The notes under the pieces are model-generated. The model was not told where the DNA came from, ran no database searches, and was given only the letters and a program-made list of their open reading frames with translations. Shown here in pieces: positions 1-9,360 of a stretch of 64,000 bases of DNA. Source of the DNA: an uncultured Actinomycetes bacterium (GTDB taxonomy: Bacteria > Actinomycetota > Acidimicrobiia > IMCC26256 > PALSA-555); assembly GCA_963731625.1 (NCBI GenBank), contig CAVSWH010000021.1:96108-160107 (forward strand), read 5' to 3'. The position numbers and the translations under genes were made by a program. The first letter of the stretch is position 1, and the number at the start of each line of letters is the position of its first letter.

Positions 1-229
1 CGCTCGTCCACCCGCCACGGGTCGCTCCGGACGCGTCGACGAAAAGCGCGTACGGAGTCGGGTTCTCGATCGTCAACGTGACGAACGTCGGTCCCGCGAA
101 GAGCAGCTGAACCGCGACGAGGCTGAGGACCAGCACGACGACCGCCACGATCCGGTTCCACGGCAGCGCCCGCAAGTCGAGCCGTGGTCGGCTGACGGGC
201 GCTCGCGCCTCGGCTGTGCGGGAGCTCAT
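1..229 (-). CDS. hypothetical membrane-anchored protein, N-terminal part only (continues past left edge)
   Basis: Not in the ORF track because it has no stop in the window. ATG at 229 on the minus strand reads MSSRTAEARAPVSRPRLDLRALPWNRIVAVVVLVLSLVAVQLLFAGPTF..., a charged N-terminus followed by one hydrophobic helix. Confidence 0.4.
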   Translation of the reverse strand, partial: MSSRTAEARAPVSRPRLDLRALPWNRIVAVVVLVLSLVAVQLLFAGPTFVTLTIENPTPYALFVDASGATRGGWTS

Positions 230-295
230 CGCGGCTGCCTTCGTCCGACGAAGTGTCAGACATCCGTCAGGTGCGTGCGGTGCTGTCCGCGGACG

Positions 296-835
296 CTACC
301 GGCGCGGGGCGGATCCAAAGCCCGCGAGCAGGGGCGGCGGCGGCGACGCAGGCCCGGCAGCGCAAGGGTGCACGGCTCGGCAGGATGGCGACGCCGTGGC
401 GGGGGCTGGCGCGAGCTCAGTGTCCTCGAGGGAGCAGGACCGCTCCCAGTCGGCGACAATGCGCGGCGCGGCGGCCGTCGAGCAGGCGCGCGAGGGGCTG
501 GCCGTCGAAGGTGTCGACGAGCAGGTTGTCCGCCAGCAGCGCGTCGAGCGCATCGTCGAGGCTGCGGGGCAGCGGCTCGAGCAGCGTCGCACCGACCGTC
601 GGGTCGTAGCCGTGGGCCGACTCCTCGGCGGGGCTCGGCAGCTCCACGCCACGCTCGAGGCCGTCGAGACCCGCGGCGATCAGGCCGACGAGGAGCAGGT
701 AGGGAGTCGCGGACGGGTCGGCCCCCGGTACTCGATCGACGCGTCGGACCGGCGGGACGAGCTCACGCGCAGCAGCGCGGCCCGGTTGGTGAGCGCCCAT
801 ACGGCGCGAGCGTTACGCGATCGCCACAGAAACCT
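296..835 (-). pseudogene. glutamine-synthetase-like C-terminal remnant, frameshifted and N-terminally truncated
   Basis: GS C-terminal motifs are split over minus-strand frames. One frame reads ...VWALTNRAALLRVSSSRRSDASIEYRG. Track ORF 417..800 then reads GADPSATPYLLLVGLIAAGLDGLERG...LPRSLDDALDALLADNLLVDTF. Track ORF 296..652 then reads ...IVADWERS. The roughly 300 N-terminal residues a GS needs cannot fit before the mutase stop at 859. Confidence 0.45.
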
Positions 836-858
836 GGCGCGAACCGTTCGGTGGGCTG

Positions 859-2844
859 TCAGGCGTGGGCGGGCGTCTGCTGGTGCCGGCGGTGCTCGGC
901 CGCGAGCTCGGCCAGGTCACCGACGATCGTCGCCAGCCGGAAGTCCTTCGGCGTGTAGATGCCGGCCACCCCGGCGGCGCGCAGCGCCGGCTGGTCGGCC
1001 TCGGGGATGATCCCGCCGACCACGACCGGCGCGTCGACCCCGTCCTCGCGGAGCAGCCGCACCGTCTCGGGGACGAGCTCGCGGTGGGACCCCGACAGGA
1101 TCGAGAGCCCGACGACGTCGACGTCCTCGTCGCGGGCGGCCGCGGCGATCTGCGCCGGCGTGAGGCGGATCCCCTGGTAGATGACCTCGAAGCCGGCGTC
1201 GCGTGCAGCAACGGCGAGCTGCTCCGCGCCGTTGGAGTGCCCGTCCAGGCCAGGCTTGGCGACGAGGAGCCGGAGCGGGCCGCGCAGCTCGCGGCCCGCC
1301 GCCTGGACCCGCTCGCGGACGGCGCGCAGCTCGCCGGTCGGTGACGAGACCGCCGCGCCGACCCCGGTGGGGGCCCGGTACTCGCCGAATATCTCGCGCA
1401 GAGCGTCGGCCCACTCGCCGACCGTGCCGCCCGCCCGGGCGAGGGCGATCGTCGCGGGGACGAGGTTCTCGTCGGTGCCGGCCACCCGCCGGACCTCGTC
1501 GAGCGCGACGCGGACCGCGCGGTCGTCGCGGGCGGACCGCCAGCGCGCGAGGTTCGCGACCTGCTCCGCCTCCGCGGCCGGGTCGACGACCAGGATGTGC
1601 TCGGCATCGTCGGTCACGAGCGGCGACGCGGCCGTCTCGGTCAGCGTGTTGACGCCGACCACGGGCAGCTCGCCGTCCTCGATGCGGCGCCGGCGGTCGG
1701 CGTGGCTCTGCACGAGCCGCCCTTTCATGGCGTCGATCATCTCGAACGCGCCGCCGCCGTCGAGCACCCAGGCGAGCTCGGCGCTCGCCTGCTCCTCGAG
1801 CTCGGCCGTCTTGGCCTCCACGACCGGTGAGCCCTCGAAGAGGTCGCCGTACTCGAGCAGGTCGGTCTCGTAGGCGAGCACCTGCTGGATGCGCAGCGAC
1901 CATTGCTGGTCCCACGGCCGGGGCAGGCCGAGCGCCTCGTTCCACGTCGGCAGCTGCACGGCCCGGGCGCGTACGTCGCGACTGAGGGTGACGGCGAGCG
2001 CCTCGAGCACGATGCGCTGCACATTGTTCTCGGGCTGCTCCTCGGTCAGGCCGAGCGAGTTGACCTGCACGCCGTAGCGGAAGCGGCGCAGCGTCGGGTC
2101 GGTGACCCCGTAGCGCTCGGCGGTGAGGCGGTCCCAGAGCCGCCCCATCGCCCGGAGCTTGCACATCTCCTCGATGAAGCGGATGCCGGCGTTCACGAAG
2201 AACGACATGCGCCCGACGACGTTCGCCAGCTCGTCGGCGGGCACCTGACCCGAGTCGCGCACCGCGTCGAGCACGCCGAGCGCAGTCGCCAGCGCGTAGG
2301 CGATCTCCTGCACCGGCGTCGCGCCGGCCTCCTGGAGGTGGTACGAGCACACGTTGATCGGGTTCCAGCGCGGCACCTGGCGCACCGTGTGGCAGATGAG
2401 GTCGACGGTGAGGCGCCGCGACGGCTCGGGCCCGAAGATGTAGGTGCCCCGGCTCAGGTACTCCTTCACGATGTCGTTCTGGGTGGTCCCGGCCAGCACG
2501 GCGGGGTCGACGCCGCGCTCCTCGGCGAGCGCCAGGTAGAGGCCGAGCAGCCACATGGCCGTCGCGTTGATCGTCATCGAGGTGTTCATGTCCTCGATGG
2601 GGATGGCGTCGAAGAGGGCCCGCATCTCGCCGAGGTGGGGGACGGGCACGCCGACCTTCCCCACTTCGCCGCGGGCGAGCGGATGGTCCGGGTCGTAGCC
2701 GGTCTGGGTCGGGAGGTCGAAGGCGACCGACAGGCCGGTCTGGCCCTTCGCCAGGTTCGTGCGGTACAGCTCGTTCGAGGCGGCGGCCGAGGAGTGCCCC
2801 GAGTAGGTCCGCATGAGCCAGGGCCGGTCGGTCATCGGCTCCAT
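859..2844 (-). CDS. coenzyme-B12-dependent acyl-CoA mutase, fused catalytic and B12-binding domains (MeaA/ethylmalonyl-CoA-mutase-like)
   Basis: 661 aa. The N-terminus reads RTYSGHSSAAASNELYRTNLAKGQTGLSVAFDLPTQTGYDPDH, a mutase substrate-barrel signature. The C-terminus reads LLVAKPGLDGHSNGAEQLAVAARDAGFEVIY...VVGLSILSGSH, the DxHxxG-type B12-binding domain. Confidence 0.9.
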   Translation of the reverse strand: MEPMTDRPWLMRTYSGHSSAAASNELYRTNLAKGQTGLSVAFDLPTQTGYDPDHPLARGEVGKVGVPVPHLGEMRALFDAIPIEDMNTSMTINATAMWLLGLYLALAEERGVDPAVLAGTTQNDIVKEYLSRGTYIFGPEPSRRLTVDLICHTVRQVPRWNPINVCSYHLQEAGATPVQEIAYALATALGVLDAVRDSGQVPADELANVVGRMSFFVNAGIRFIEEMCKLRAMGRLWDRLTAERYGVTDPTLRRFRYGVQVNSLGLTEEQPENNVQRIVLEALAVTLSRDVRARAVQLPTWNEALGLPRPWDQQWSLRIQQVLAYETDLLEYGDLFEGSPVVEAKTAELEEQASAELAWVLDGGGAFEMIDAMKGRLVQSHADRRRRIEDGELPVVGVNTLTETAASPLVTDDAEHILVVDPAAEAEQVANLARWRSARDDRAVRVALDEVRRVAGTDENLVPATIALARAGGTVGEWADALREIFGEYRAPTGVGAAVSSPTGELRAVRERVQAAGRELRGPLRLLVAKPGLDGHSNGAEQLAVAARDAGFEVIYQGIRLTPAQIAAAARDEDVDVVGLSILSGSHRELVPETVRLLREDGVDAPVVVGGIIPEADQPALRAAGVAGIYTPKDFRLATIVGDLAELAAEHRRHQQTPAHA

Positions 2845-2887
2845 TCTCGTCCTCTCCGCGGTCGCCGACGACCGGCGGGCGGGCGGA

Positions 2888-3745
2888 TCAGCGGCGGCGG
2901 TACTCGTAGAACCCCGCGCCGGACTTGCGTCCGTACCGCTCGGCGCTGACGAGCCGGCGCAGCATGGGCGCGGGCGCGTAGTTGGGGTCCTTGAACTCGG
3001 CGTAGAGCGCCTCGAGGATGGCGAGGCTCGTGTCGAGGCCGACGAGGTCGAGCAGGCTGAGCGGGCCCATCGGGAAGTTGCAGCCCCCCTGCATCGCCGC
3101 GTCGATGTCGTCGCGGCTCGCGACGCCCGCCTCGAGCAGCTTCACCGCGTTGTTCAGGTACGGGAAGAGCAGGGCGTTCACGATGAACCCGGCCTGGTCG
3201 CGCACGTCGACGACGGTCTTGCCGCACCCCTCGGCAAAGGCCCGGGCGGCGGCGATCGTCTCGTCCGACGTGGTGATCGCCCGCACGACCTCGACGAGGC
3301 TCATCGCCGGCGCCGGGTTGAAGAAGTGGATGCCGCACACGCGCTCGGGTCGCCCGGTCGCCATCGCCAGCTCGACGACCGGCAGCGTGGAGGTGTTCGT
3401 GGCGAGGATGGCCTCGTCGCCGCAGACCCGGTCGAGCTCGGTGAAGAGGTGCGTCTTGGTCGCTAGGTCCTCGACGATCGACTCGAGCACCAGGTCGCAG
3501 GGCGCCAGCTCGCCGAGGTCGGTCACGACCTGGAGGCGGCCGAGCGTCGCGGTGCGCTCCGCGTCCTCGAGCGTCCCCTTGTCGACCTGCTTGGTGAGCG
3601 ACTTCTCGACGCCGGCGAGGAGGGCATCGCCGGTGGTCTGGGCCCGGCTGCGCACCACCACCTCGAACCCGGCCTTCGCCGCCACCTCGGCGACCCCGGC
3701 GCCCATGATTCCGGCGCCCACGACGCCAACCCGCTTGACCTCCAC
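2888..3745 (-). CDS. 3-hydroxyacyl-CoA (3-hydroxybutyryl-CoA) dehydrogenase
   Basis: 285 aa. It has the N-terminal Rossmann motif VGVVGAGIMGAG and a typical Hbd/FadB2 length and layout. It lies directly upstream of the mutase on the same strand. Confidence 0.9.
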   Translation of the reverse strand: MEVKRVGVVGAGIMGAGVAEVAAKAGFEVVVRSRAQTTGDALLAGVEKSLTKQVDKGTLEDAERTATLGRLQVVTDLGELAPCDLVLESIVEDLATKTHLFTELDRVCGDEAILATNTSTLPVVELAMATGRPERVCGIHFFNPAPAMSLVEVVRAITTSDETIAAARAFAEGCGKTVVDVRDQAGFIVNALLFPYLNNAVKLLEAGVASRDDIDAAMQGGCNFPMGPLSLLDLVGLDTSLAILEALYAEFKDPNYAPAPMLRRLVSAERYGRKSGAGFYEYRRR

Positions 3746-3781
3746 CCCGACTCCTTTGTCCGGCAGCGGAAACGCCAGAGG

Positions 3782-4279
3782 TTACTGCTCGGTAGCAAAG
3801 TGCCGCAGCCGCAGCGCGCCGGCGACGGCGAGCGCCGGGCCGCACACCAGCAGCTTCAGGGCGGCGATCCACAGCGTGACGGTCTCGGCGGCCCCGCCCG
3901 TGTCGACGACGAGGAGCGCGACCACGCCCGCGAGCCCGAGCATGAGCAGCAGGAGACCGGACCACACCGCGGCGCGGGCTCGTCCCGGCGTCCGGAAGAG
4001 CGGCTCGTGGTGGGCCACGGACGTCGTCGGCGCGGCGCTCGCGGCGTCGGAGAGATGCCGGGCGTCGTACGCGTCGCGGCTGCGCGGCCGGCGCAAGGTC
4101 TCGTACGCGAGCGTGAGGTCTTTGAAGCGCTCGGCCGCTACGGGGTCGCCCGGGTTGCGGTCCGGGTGCAGGCGCCGGGCCTGGGTGCGGAACGCCCCGG
4201 CAATGTCGGCCGACGAGGCGCTCGGTGTGACGCCGAGCACCTGGTAGAGGTCGCTGCGCCGGACGGTCACGGACGCCAT
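3782..4279 (-). CDS. J-domain (DnaJ-like) protein with C-terminal transmembrane segments
   Basis: The sequence DLYQVLGVTPSASSADIAGAFRTQARRLHPDRNPGDP contains the HPD tripeptide. The C-terminal half (AAVWSGLLLLMLGLAGVVALLVV..., TLWIAALKLLVCGPALAVAGAL) is hydrophobic. Confidence 0.75.
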   Translation of the reverse strand: MASVTVRRSDLYQVLGVTPSASSADIAGAFRTQARRLHPDRNPGDPVAAERFKDLTLAYETLRRPRSRDAYDARHLSDAASAAPTTSVAHHEPLFRTPGRARAAVWSGLLLLMLGLAGVVALLVVDTGGAAETVTLWIAALKLLVCGPALAVAGALRLRHFATEQ

Positions 4280-4340
4280 GGGCCCAGTATGGGTCGCGCG
4301 GGCGAGCGACGAGATGGCGGGGTCCCGTTAGAGTGCGCCG

Positions 4341-5057
4341 ATGCCGGTCGCCAAAGGGGCCGCGCGCGGCGTGGGGACGTTGGCCCTCATCGGCGGCGGC
4401 GAGTGGACCGACGAGTGCCGCGGCTTCGACACCGAGCTGCTGGCGGCGTCGGGCGCCGACGAGGTGGTCGTGCTCCCGACGGCCGCGGCGTTCGAGCACC
4501 CCGATCGCGTCGCCGCACGGGCCACGGCGTACCTCGAGTCGCTCGGCGTGGCGGCCCGATCGCTCCGGGTGCTGCACCGGGGCGAGGCGGAGGACGCGAA
4601 GACGGCCGAGACGGTCCGCGCGGCCCGGTTCGTCTACGTGGCCGACGGCTCGCCGCTGCACCTGCGCTCCGTCCTGAAGGACTCGGCGCTCTACGACGCG
4701 ATGCTCGCCTCGTACCACTCGGGTGGCGTGCTCGCGGCGTCCGGGGCGGGCGCCACCCTGGTGTGTGACCCGATGGTCGACCCGCGCGGCGGCGCGTACA
4801 CCGTCGGTCTCGGGGTCGTCGCCGGGCTCGCGGTGTTCCCGTACCACGGCAGCGCCGCGGAGCATCTCCGAGAGCGCTCCATCGACCTGCTGCCGGACCG
4901 GGCGCAGCTCGTCGGCGTCGACGAGCACACCGCGCTGCTGCGCGACCCCTCCGGGGCCTGGCGTGTGGCCGGCGCCGGCGCGGTGACCGTGTACCAGGGC
5001 CGCGACGCCGTCCGCTACGACGCGGGCGCGCCGGTCGAGCGCCTCGAGGGCCTCTAG
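4341..5057 (+). CDS. peptidase S51 / cyanophycinase-like protein
   Basis: 238 aa. The pattern LALIGGGEW...VVVLPTAAAF...FVYVADGSPLHL...AASGAGATL matches the cyanophycinase/peptidase-E fold as I remember it. No HMM confirmation was possible. Confidence 0.65.
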   Translation: MPVAKGAARGVGTLALIGGGEWTDECRGFDTELLAASGADEVVVLPTAAAFEHPDRVAARATAYLESLGVAARSLRVLHRGEAEDAKTAETVRAARFVYVADGSPLHLRSVLKDSALYDAMLASYHSGGVLAASGAGATLVCDPMVDPRGGAYTVGLGVVAGLAVFPYHGSAAEHLRERSIDLLPDRAQLVGVDEHTALLRDPSGAWRVAGAGAVTVYQGRDAVRYDAGAPVERLEGL

Positions 5058-5067
5058 CGCGTCGAGG

Positions 5068-5880
5068 TCAGGAGCTCGGCGGCGTCGACGACGTGGTCGT
5101 GGTCGACGCCGCGGACGGCGTGGTGATCCGCACCGACTTGATGACGACGACCGTGGTCGGGTACCCGTCGCCGCTCGCGGGCGCGAACGAGTCGATCTTC
5201 TGCGCGACGTTGAGACCCTTCGTCACCTTCCCGAAGATGGCGTAGCTGGGACCGAGCTGGAGGCCCTGGCTGCCGGTGACGATGAAGAACTGCGAGCTTG
5301 CCGTGCCCGGCGGGTCGCTTCCGCCCGTGGCGAACGCGACCGTGCCGACCGGGTAGGCCGACCCGCCGGGCGCCGTCGTCGGCACCTCGGCCTGCACGCT
5401 GTAGCCCGGCCCGCCGTTGCTCGTCGTGTTCGTCTGGTCGGGGCTGCCCGCCTGGACGACGAAGTTCTTCGCCGCCCGGACGAACGCCATGTTGTCGTAG
5501 AAGCCCTGGTTGGCGAGCGACACGAAGTTGTTGACCGCCGTCGGGTACTGCTGGACGGCGAGCGCGACCTGGATCGTGCCGCACGACGTGTCGAGGGTCG
5601 CCACGTAGTTCACCGCCGGGCTCACGCCGAGGGGCGGCGCGGTGAGCTTCGTCGTCTTGGCCGGCGGCTTCTTGACGGCCTGGCACGTCACCGTGCTCGA
5701 CGAGCTCGACCCGCCGCTCAGCACCTGGACGAGGACGATGGCGATGATCGCCGGCACGGCGACGATCGCGACGCGCCGCCCGGTGCGCATCGCCTTCTGG
5801 CGCTTCGCCCGCTGCTCTTCGTAGGCCCGCCGCGCCGCCCGGTTCTCGCGCTGCCGCTCCCGACGACTCGCCTTTGACAC
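5068..5880 (-). CDS. membrane-anchored cyclophilin-type peptidyl-prolyl cis-trans isomerase
   Basis: Cyclophilin core GTIQVALAVQQYPTAVNNFVSLANQGFYDNMAFVRAAKNFVVQAG...SQFFIVTG. The start was moved to the in-frame GTG at 5880 (VSKASRRERQ..., basic region then TM VAIVAVPAIIAIVLV). The 5' third of track ORF 5068..6138 overlaps the ask start and looks non-coding. Confidence 0.85.
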   Translation of the reverse strand: MSKASRRERQRENRAARRAYEEQRAKRQKAMRTGRRVAIVAVPAIIAIVLVQVLSGGSSSSSTVTCQAVKKPPAKTTKLTAPPLGVSPAVNYVATLDTSCGTIQVALAVQQYPTAVNNFVSLANQGFYDNMAFVRAAKNFVVQAGSPDQTNTTSNGGPGYSVQAEVPTTAPGGSAYPVGTVAFATGGSDPPGTASSQFFIVTGSQGLQLGPSYAIFGKVTKGLNVAQKIDSFAPASGDGYPTTVVVIKSVRITTPSAASTTTTSSTPPSS

Positions 5881-5973
5881 GGTGCGGCAGTCTAGGGAGT
5901 CGGCTTCGCGACGGGTGGGGCGCGCCGGAACCACACCGGGTCGGCGAAGGGCCCACCGGTACCATCGGAGGTC

Positions 5974-7188
5974 GTGAGCCTCGTCGTGCAGAAGTACGGC
6001 GGCACGTCGGTTGCGGACCCTTCTCGCATCAAGGCGGTGGCCGACCACATCGTCGCGACCCGCCAGGGCGGCGCCGACGTGCTCGTCGTGGTGTCGGCGA
6101 TGGGCTCGACGACCGACGAGCTCGAACGCCTCGCCCATGACGTGTCACCGACGCCGGCCGCCCGCGAGCTCGACATGCTCCTGACCGCCGGGGAGCGCAT
6201 CTCGATGGCGCTGCTCTGCATGGCGATCCTCGACCGCGGCGAGCGCGCCGTGAGCTTCACGGGCTCCCAGGCCGGGATCATGACCGACACCTCCCACGGT
6301 CGAGCCAAGATCGTCGAGGTCCGGGGCGACCGGCTGCGCGAGACCCTCGCCGGCGACGCGATCGCCGTCGTCGCCGGCTTCCAGGGCGTGTCGACGACGG
6401 CGGACATCACCACGCTCGGGCGGGGCGGCTCGGACACGACGGCCGTGGCGCTCGCCGCGGCGCTGGGCGCCGACGTGTGCGAGATCTACACCGACGTCGA
6501 GGGCGTCTTGACGGCCGACCCCCGGGTCGTGCCCGGGGCCCACCAGCTGGCCCGTGTCTCCTATGAGGAGATGCTCGACCTCGCTGCGACGGGGGGCCGC
6601 GTCCTGTCGCTGCGCTCGGTCGAGTTCGCGCGCAACTACCACGTGCCGGTGCACGTCCGGTCCAGCTTCACCTGGGCCAACGGGACGTGGGTCGGGGAGG
6701 AGGACCCGATGGAGCAGGCCATCATCTCGGGCGTCACCCACGACGTCTCCGAGGCGAAGGTGACGATCACCCGCGTGCCCGACCGCCCCGGGGTCGCCGC
6801 GAAGCTGTTCCGGACGCTCGCCGACGAGTCCGTCAACGTCGACATGATCGTGCAGAACGTGTCGAGCGCCGGCCAGACCGACATCTCCTTCACGGTGCCG
6901 CGCGACGACCTCGCCCGGGCCCGCAAGGTCATGGAGACCATCGTTGACGACCTCGAGGCCGCCGGTGTCACCGAGGACGCCGACATCGGGCGTGTGTCCG
7001 TCGTCGGGGCCGGCATGAAGACCCATCCTGGGGTCGCGGCCGAGATGTTCGAGGTCCTGGCTCGCGAGCGCATCAACATCGAGATGATCTCGACGTCGTC
7101 GATCCGCATCTCCTGCGTCGTCGCGTCGGGCGACGTCGAGCGGGCCGTCCGGGCGCTGCACGACGCCTTCGGCCTGGACCAGGCGTGA
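5974..7188 (+). CDS. ask: aspartate kinase
   Basis: 404 aa. It has the kinase N-terminus [20 protein letters not shown] and two C-terminal ACT domains. Its stop overlaps the asd start (GTGA at 7185-7188). Confidence 0.95.
   Translation: MSLVVQKYGGTSVADPSRIKAVADHIVATRQGGADVLVVVSAMGSTTDELERLAHDVSPTPAARELDMLLTAGERISMALLCMAILDRGERAVSFTGSQAGIMTDTSHGRAKIVEVRGDRLRETLAGDAIAVVAGFQGVSTTADITTLGRGGSDTTAVALAAALGADVCEIYTDVEGVLTADPRVVPGAHQLARVSYEEMLDLAATGGRVLSLRSVEFARNYHVPVHVRSSFTWANGTWVGEEDPMEQAIISGVTHDVSEAKVTITRVPDRPGVAAKLFRTLADESVNVDMIVQNVSSAGQTDISFTVPRDDLARARKVMETIVDDLEAAGVTEDADIGRVSVVGAGMKTHPGVAAEMFEVLARERINIEMISTSSIRISCVVASGDVERAVRALHDAFGLDQA
6709..7188 (+). CDS. putative in-frame internal start giving the aspartate kinase beta (regulatory) subunit
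   Basis: In-frame ATG at codon 246 ([20 protein letters not shown]...) is preceded by GGGGAGGAGGACCCG, a strong SD. Corynebacterial and mycobacterial lysC/ask genes are known to express a beta subunit from such a nested start at the equivalent sequence. Confidence 0.45.
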   Translation: MEQAIISGVTHDVSEAKVTITRVPDRPGVAAKLFRTLADESVNVDMIVQNVSSAGQTDISFTVPRDDLARARKVMETIVDDLEAAGVTEDADIGRVSVVGAGMKTHPGVAAEMFEVLARERINIEMISTSSIRISCVVASGDVERAVRALHDAFGLDQA

Positions 7189-8219
7189 CCGTGCGCGTCG
7201 GGGTCGTCGGGGCGACCGGGCTGGTCGGCACCGAGATGCTGCGGGTCCTCGAGGAGCGCGCCTTCCCGGTCGACGAGCTCCGGGTCTACGCGTCGCCGCG
7301 CTCGGAGGGTCGCCGCCTCGCGTTCGCGGGGCGTGAGGTCGTCTGCGAGACGCTGCGGGACGGCTGCTTCGACGGCCTCGACCTGGTCATCGTCGACGTC
7401 GACGACCCGCTCGCCCGCGAGTGGGTGCCCCGGGCCGCGGCCAGCGGTGCGCTCGTCGTGGACAACTCGGCCGCGTTCCGGATGGACCCCGACGTCCCGC
7501 TCGTGGTGGCCGAGGTGAACCCCGACGACCTGCGGACGGCCCCGAAGCGGATCGTGTCGTGCCCCAACTGCACGACGATGGTGCTGGTCACCGCGCTCGG
7601 CCCGCTCCACGCGGCCGCCGGGATCGAGCGACTCGTGGTGTCCACCTACCAATCGGTGTCGGGTGCCGGGCAGGCCGGCATGCGGGAGCTCGCCGAACAG
7701 TGGACGAAGGGCGCCGGCCGCGAGGACGCGCTGCGCCGGGCGGGCGCGACGCCGGGCGGCATCGAGCCCGGCGAGGTGTGGTCGAAGCCGATCGCCGGGA
7801 ACGTGATCCCGCTCGCCGGCAGGGTCGGTGACGGCGGCATGACCTCCGAGGAGACGAAGCTCGTGCGCGAGAGCCGCAGGATCCTCCACGCGCCGGAGCT
7901 CGCGGTGAGCGTGACCTGCGTGCGCGTCCCCGTGTACGTCGGCCACGCGATGACAGCGAACGTCGCGTTCGCGCGTCCGCTCTCCCGGGACGACGCCGCG
8001 GCGGTGCTCGCGAGTGCGCCCGGCGTGACGCTCGACGACCGTGACGGTGCGCCGACACCGCTCGACGCCGCGGGGATCGACCCGGTGCTCGTCGGTCGTT
8101 TGCGCGACGACGTGTCCCAGCCCCGCACCCTCGACCTGTGGGTCACGGGCGACAACCTGCGCAAGGGCGCCGCGCTGAACGCGGTGCAGCTCGCCGAGCG
8201 TCTCCTCGCGCCCGGCTAG
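7185..8219 (+). CDS. asd: aspartate-semialdehyde dehydrogenase
   Basis: 344 aa. It has the motifs [11 protein letters not shown] and SCPNCTT (active-site Cys) and sits in the ask-asd operon arrangement. Confidence 0.95.
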   Translation: MTVRVGVVGATGLVGTEMLRVLEERAFPVDELRVYASPRSEGRRLAFAGREVVCETLRDGCFDGLDLVIVDVDDPLAREWVPRAAASGALVVDNSAAFRMDPDVPLVVAEVNPDDLRTAPKRIVSCPNCTTMVLVTALGPLHAAAGIERLVVSTYQSVSGAGQAGMRELAEQWTKGAGREDALRRAGATPGGIEPGEVWSKPIAGNVIPLAGRVGDGGMTSEETKLVRESRRILHAPELAVSVTCVRVPVYVGHAMTANVAFARPLSRDDAAAVLASAPGVTLDDRDGAPTPLDAAGIDPVLVGRLRDDVSQPRTLDLWVTGDNLRKGAALNAVQLAERLLAPG

Positions 8220-8237
8220 GCCCGTCGCGGCCGGGGG

Positions 8238-8618
8238 TCAGCTCTCGACGACGACGAGCCCATTGGCGTCGGGGTCCCGGAACTCGAACATGGGTGGGAC
8301 GCCGGGCCAGCGGAGCAGGTCGTCGGCGTCCACGCCTCGGGCGATGAGGTCGGCGTGGTCGGCCTCGACATCGCTCGTCGCGAGGCGGATTCCGGTGGGC
8401 CGGCCGGCCTGCGCGCCGGTGCTGCTCGGGACGAGGGCGATCGTGGTCGGTGCGCCGGGTGGCGCCACCTCGATCCAGCGCCCGCTGTCGCCCATCGGGA
8501 CGTCGCGGCGGGTCTCGAAGCCGAGGGTGTCGAGGTAGAAGGCCAGCGCACGGTCCTGGTCGGTGACGGGCACGCCGACCGTGTGCACGCCGTGGATCCT
8601 CGTCGGGTGGTCGCTCAT
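8238..8618 (-). CDS. VOC / glyoxalase-bleomycin-resistance family protein
   Basis: Start taken at the ATG giving MSDHPTRIHGVHTVGVPVTDQDRALAFYLDTLGFE... (126 aa). The upstream part of track ORF 8238..8792 is just the tRNA-Pro read as protein. Confidence 0.8.
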   Translation of the reverse strand: MSDHPTRIHGVHTVGVPVTDQDRALAFYLDTLGFETRRDVPMGDSGRWIEVAPPGAPTTIALVPSSTGAQAGRPTGIRLATSDVEADHADLIARGVDADDLLRWPGVPPMFEFRDPDANGLVVVES

Positions 8619-8734
8619 CGGTTCCTCCGCGGATGATCGGTGCTGCGGGCCAGACGGTTCCCGGCGGCGGGATTCATCGGTTCGACGGGCGCGGGTCGCG
8701 CCCGAGCGCGGTGCGACGCTCTGCAAACCGGCGG

Positions 8735-8808
<74 letters not shown>

Positions 8809-8965
8809 TGAGCACGGCGAGTGTAGTGGAGGGCCTCGTCGATCCTTCTGGTCGTTGCGGTCAGCTCAGCGGCCGCCGCCCGGACGCGGCGACGCCGCGG
8901 CACACCTCGTCGCCCGGAAGGTCAGGCACTCGGACACATCCACGACCGGGGCGTCCGGCGCGCGA

Positions 8966-9349
8966 TCAGACGACGCCGGCGCGCTCGGCCATCACGCGCT
9001 TGACGGTGCGGCGCAGCACGCCGGCGTCGAGCGGCTTCACGACGACGCCGTCGACGTCGGCGCGCTTGGCGAGGAAACGGTCGCACTCCCGGTCGAGGAG
9101 CAGCACGATCGGCACGTCGGGCACCCGGCCGGCGGACGCCTCCAGGCGCAGGTCGAGCGCGACGGCGACGCCACCCATGTTGCCGATCTGCATGTCGAGG
9201 ACGACGAGGTCGGGCTCGTGCAGCGCGACGGCGTCGCACACGTCCTGGCCCCGGTCGAGCTCGAGCACGGCCTGGTCGGGGCCGGCGAGCGCGGACCGGA
9301 CCTGGTTGCGGAGCCAGGTGCCGTCGGCGGCGATGATGACGGAGCCCAC
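8966..9349 (-). CDS. stand-alone response-regulator receiver-domain protein
   Basis: 127 aa from GTG 9349. It has the acceptor context LVVLDMQIGNMGG and the conserved VVVKPLD (Lys-Pro) but no output domain. It lies 11 nt downstream of the second ArsA-like gene. Confidence 0.75.
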   Translation of the reverse strand: MGSVIIAADGTWLRNQVRSALAGPDQAVLELDRGQDVCDAVALHEPDLVVLDMQIGNMGGVAVALDLRLEASAGRVPDVPIVLLLDRECDRFLAKRADVDGVVVKPLDAGVLRRTVKRVMAERAGVV

Positions 9350-9360
9350 GGCCGGGAACG

